Assembly (NCBI GenBank): GCA_012295275.1
Contig: CM022671.1
Span: 34,286,001 to 34,350,000 of the forward strand
Direction of reading: 5' to 3'
DNA length: 64,000 bases
Source: Chrysomallon squamiferum
Taxonomy: Eukaryota > Animalia > Mollusca
The notes below the pieces were generated by a model. It saw only the letters and a list, made by a program, of their open reading frames with translations. It did not search any database and was not told the DNA's origin. The position numbers were made by a program, and so were the translations under genes. Each line of letters opens with the position of its first letter. Position 1 is the first letter of the stretch. Shown piece by piece: positions 59,406 to 64,000 of the stretch.

Positions 59406-60616
59406 AACAAACTGAAAAACAGGAAAAAGATAAAGAAAGAAAAACAAAAAACCGTAATAAGGAAGAAGAAGAAGACAGAAAATGAAATGCTTAAACACAG
59501 ACGACAGAAATACGTAGCAGCTATCGTGTGAAACATTTACAGCATTATCATCATCAACATCACGATCATCATTACCATCATCGTCATCTTTATCGTCATC
59601 ATTACCACTATCACCATTATTATAATGATAATCATGATTATCATCACTTTCACAATTACCATTATAATTATTATCATGAATGTTATCACCTTCATATTCA
59701 TCCAAATTAAAAATAAATAAATAGATGAAAAAAATGAAATAATGATGACATAAAGTAAAATAAACTAAAATACATGAAAAACAAACGAACAAAAATAAAG
59801 GTTTATATCACTATAACTGAAATAAATAAAAATATGAATAAAATCCAAGTAGATAAAATTTAATAGTTTCATAATATTAACCCCCCAAACCCCAACATTT
59901 TTCAGGAACGTATAACTACCTTTAAATCTGTAGCTAAAACAGTTTTTTTTTTCATTAGTACAGATTTTATATGTGCGTTTGTTTGTGTTTTGGTGTGCGT
60001 ATTTGTGGGTCTGTGTTTGTGTATGCCACGAAAAAGAAATGTTAAAATATAATTAATAAACGACATTTTGTTTTACATACTTGAATGTAACTCGACACAC
60101 TCCTGTAGACAACAATAAAATACTTCAACTTGAATGAGAAAAACAATTAAATGTAACAGTAGCTTGCGTTCCTAGGCTGTTAACCATCCAAGTAGATCAC
60201 GACGTTATTTAACTTCGTTAACGACGATACAGAAAATGGCATTTTACCAACATGCGGTGGTTTTAAACACTCGTTGACAAAAGGATTAAATTGCAGTATG
60301 AAAAGAACTTGGATGTAACATTTGCTGCAGAAATTTCAAACGTTTCTCTACAAATACCAATAGTCTGTGAAATCATGCACCAGATTCATGTTAATCCCTT
60401 TGTAATGTAAAAGTATTGTATATTAGCATTTAAGAATTCTACTTACGTAAACCTTAATTTACTTCGGTAACATGTGCACTGATCAATATAGTATAACTAC
60501 AGATATCTACATAGTGTCTACAGTATACATGCAATATGTCTGCGGTATTTATGCAATAATTTGATGAAGTGTATAAATGTAAACATGTATGTAGCTACGT
60601 GTGTCAGTATGTTCAT

Positions 60617-60822
60617 ATATGCATTTTAGGATTGAATATTATCTGTTTTCTGTACTTCTGATTAGATTCTGCATATAGACAATTTTATGGAACACACTGT
60701 CACAGGAGGACAAAGTCCAATCATTGCAGCACAAACCCCGTCAGATTTAACAAACGAGACTCAAACGTATGGCACCCATTGGCCCGCATATCGAAGTCTG
60801 ATCACGTTACCACTCGGTCATC
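60617..60822 (-). mobile_element. tRNA-derived SINE-like element with mutated B box
   Basis: A box TGACCGAGTGG at 60820-60810; B box changed to GTTTGAGTC at 60766-60758. Confidence 0.55.
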
Positions 60823-62052
60823 AAAACAAACCTGGAAAAGTTTCTCAATCACCAAGTGTAACAATAACTTCCCATGAAGTACGCCGGTCTTTTGTCTTTC
60901 GTCATTTTTGTGTATTTCTATTTCTTATGAAAAAAACCCCTTAAAGTGGCAAGTATGTATTTTAGGATTTTAATATTCTCTCTCTGATGTTCCTCTGAAT
61001 AGACTCTGCACATAGACAATATTCGGGAACGTACAGGTCCAATCACGACCTCGCAAATCCCGTCCGAATCTAGACAAAATTAGAATACTGCAATGGAGAG
61101 TTATCTAGAAGATATAGCTATCACACTGGAGAGGTTTATATATTTTATTACAGAAAGAAGCTATTTCATTTCAGATCTGAGATACTTTATTAGAGAAAGA
61201 AGATATTTCACTTCAGAGTTTATATACTTTATTAGAGAATACTTAGATATTTCATTGGAAGAGATATGTTATTAGAGAAAACTTTCATACTTAACTGGAC
61301 AGTTAGAGGTAGTTTATTGCGAAAGCGTTAAATACTACATTGTAGTAGTTCAAATAATTTATTAGAGAAAAACAGGTATTTCTGAGATTATTACAGTATT
61401 TTTGGATACTTCACTGGAGAGTTACATATACTTTATTATAGAAAACGTATAGAGGTTTAGATACGTTATAAGAAAAAAGAAGACATTTCAGTGAAGATCA
61501 GAGATTCTTTATTAGAGAAAACTTGCTGAGTTCACTGGAGGCCTGAGATAAATGTATTACACAAAACGTGAATTCTTCTCTAGATAGCTATAGATGTTGT
61601 ATTAGATCAAGTTTGAATACTTCCCCAGAGGGTTATTTTTATTAGTATTTTTCCTTAGAGAAAACTTTGATTCTCCAGTAAAGAAATACAGCTATTTTAT
61701 CAGAGACCATTAGGAGGCTAAATAATTCACTGACTGACTGACAAACTGTGTCAGAGAAAACTGAATACGTCACTGAAAGGCTGGAGTGTTGGATAGATTT
61801 AGATTTATTGAAGACTTGTTTAAAGGGTTTGAGTCTGTGGTTTGATCTTTCTTAAACACTAGACTGGAAACGAAATGATACTGATTACAGTGTAAGCACA
61901 GTATTAAGTTCAGAAATTAGAACATAACCATTAAATGAGAGAATAGAAAGTTTTTCAAATAATACATTATTTTTTAAAATAAAGGTTATAATAACTTTAA
62001 CGTCTCGTTTGTATATTATTTATTTATTATTTTTGTTCTTCTTCTTCTTATT

Positions 62053-62083
<31 letters not shown>

Positions 62084-62988
62084 TTTTATTTATTTATTTA
62101 TTATTAATTAATCAATTAATTTCTTTATTTATTTGCGATATGAACTTGAGAAGAATTGTTTCTTTATTCGCAGCATTTTAATATATGTCTTCAACGTCTA
62201 ATTCATAGCACATGTCAACAAAAAGCAAATCAAAATGATATAGCGAATCTTATTTACTCTCTCTCTCTGTCAATCACTATCTATCTATCTATCTATCTAT
62301 GCATCCAACCATCTCTCAAGGTAGACTTGATCTGTGGAATTAAATCATTGTGAAAACAATCAATATCTATATAAACCTCTTGTCCACAATATAATGGTCG
62401 TTTTTTTTCGATTAGCACCATGAATGGAGAAAAGTTGTTTTTCTGAAACTATTTTACTTATAACGATACATAAACAATACATAAGCACTTATAAATAATT
62501 GAATATAGTTTGTCATCTGCAATAGAAAATAAACAGGTACTTTGTGAAATAGAGAACGTTATTTTGCCTTTGATCTCAGTCTTCCAAAGGAAGCAAAAAG
62601 GGCGGAATAAAGATTTATTTATAGGAAGAAGAAACTTAAGGTGCTTGTAAACTTAGAGAACGATGAAATTAGTTGAATAAAGAAGCACTGGTCTACCTGA
62701 CTTCTCCAGCATATCGTAGCGATCATTAAATAAGTATGACTTATTTGGAAACAGTGTAAGGTCACTCTAGCATATCCTTTTAAAATGTATGTATGTATGT
62801 ACGTATGTATTTATGGAGGTGTGTACGTATCTATGTATGTATGTGTCAATGTCCGTGATAAAAAACATAAATACCACTTGAATATTTAAAACTTCGATGC
62901 TAAAGAAACTAAGATTATCAAAGAAACATCGATTTATATGTATTTTAAATTATAAAAGAAAAGACGTAAAGACAATCTATCAATTTCT

Positions 62989-64000
62989 TTAAGGTCTTGC
63001 TTCCCTAACTCTTCTAGATAACAAAATGTTCCAAAATTCAGCGAATCGGTTCACTTTTGTATGAATGAACACAATGTGTTTCTTTGCACTATTTAGAACA
63101 TCCTTTTTGGCTGGATTTTGTAGATAAACATTGTTGTATGGTATTCTCGTTATGTTCGCCTTCCGTATTAAATATCCTGTGATGTAAACGTCGTCAATCC
63201 AGAAAAAAGGAGTAAAGAAGGAAAGTTTGTACAATTTCTGTACGACACTTGGGGTTGTTAAAAAAGCCATACCGGCACAATAATGGTCAAAAATGTCAGA
63301 TGGGTGTTCCTTTTTACTGACGTACCATTTGGACCTTTTCAATCGGAAAACTCTAGACTTTCTCATTAAGCCACACAAAATCCAGCTCAACCCTCTGTGC
63401 TTAATTTCATTTTTAGATTTTAAGTCGGGTAACAATATAAACCAGTTGACGAAGACGTCATCGTCTGTTTTGAGAACGTAAACGGCCTGACTGCAGTACG
63501 TGGACACCCATTTTAACCCAGCTATCGCCTTGTAGGTTAAGTTGCGATAGGAATCCTTGAAATCTTCTTGTACGATGTCGCCATAAAATTCAGATTCGTT
63601 CTTCACCGACCGCATGACGTCGTGGTCGTCCACTTGTCCCATGATGAACACAACGAGAATTGTTTCTTTCACAAACTGTTTTATGTTTCCCCACGTTTTC
63701 CTGATTGTTTGGCGCTTATGAACATTTCGAGGAGAACTGTGGATATATGTTATGATAAACACTTTCTTTCCTTTGCAAAGATTGACAGGTTTATGAATGT
63801 ACGTGAAAGGGTGTGGGTTGACAATATATTCTTTGAACAGATTCTGTTCTGTCGTTGTTAAGGCTTCTACAAACGGAGATGCTGCAGTGGTTTTGATGAA
63901 GCCATGGAGTGACCGAATGTTTTTGTCTGTCAGAGTGATGATTGTTGTTATCCAGAACATGAGTGGAACAAAGCTCACAACAAGTACAAAAACTGGTCGA
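62989..64000 (-). CDS. GT31 beta-1,3-galactosyltransferase-like, copy 5 (5' end beyond the window)
   Basis: Open frame to the window edge (RPVFVLVVSFVPLMFWIT...) with a 3-nt in-frame insertion in the TM region; same motifs. Confidence 0.92.
   Translation of the reverse strand, partial: RPVFVLVVSFVPLMFWITTIITLTDKNIRSLHGFIKTTAASPFVEALTTTEQNLFKEYIVNPHPFTYIHKPVNLCKGKKVFIITYIHSSPRNVHKRQTIRKTWGNIKQFVKETILVVFIMGQVDDHDVMRSVKNESEFYGDIVQEDFKDSYRNLTYKAIAGLKWVSTYCSQAVYVLKTDDDVFVNWFILLPDLKSKNEIKHRGLSWILCGLMRKSRVFRLKRSKWYVSKKEHPSDIFDHYCAGMAFLTTPSVVQKLYKLSFFTPFFWIDDVYITGYLIRKANITRIPYNNVYLQNPAKKDVLNSAKKHIVFIHTKVNRFAEFWNILLSRRVREARP

Overview
Eukaryotic (metazoan) genomic DNA: AT-rich, intron-dense and loaded with microsatellites. 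It is probably a mollusc, inferred from a Nin-SINE-like repeat, TTAGGG-like repeats and an IMSP5-like EF-hand gene; this is not proven. Most short ORFs in the track are translations of simple repeats. Genes assembled by hand from GT-AG boundaries with consistent phases: (1) an atypical type I membrane cadherin on + (18 coding exons, 4383-26991, about 1733 aa plus an unlocated signal-peptide exon); (2) a complete 155-aa secreted EF-hand gene nested antisense in cadherin intron 16307-21907; (3) RRP9/U3-55K on - (14 exons, 44009-32680, 469 aa); (4) a GT31 beta-1,3-glycosyltransferase cluster with one + copy head-to-head with RRP9 and an inverted tandem array of at least four - copies in 4.35-4.7 kb units running off the window end. 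Most interesting: the GT31 cluster has a nearly identical donor-binding core, shared even with the otherwise divergent inverted copy, while its C-terminal half is diversifying. An orphan leader exon and a GC-rich, strongly folding island lie between the convergent copies. The nested EF-hand gene has a triplicated splice donor.
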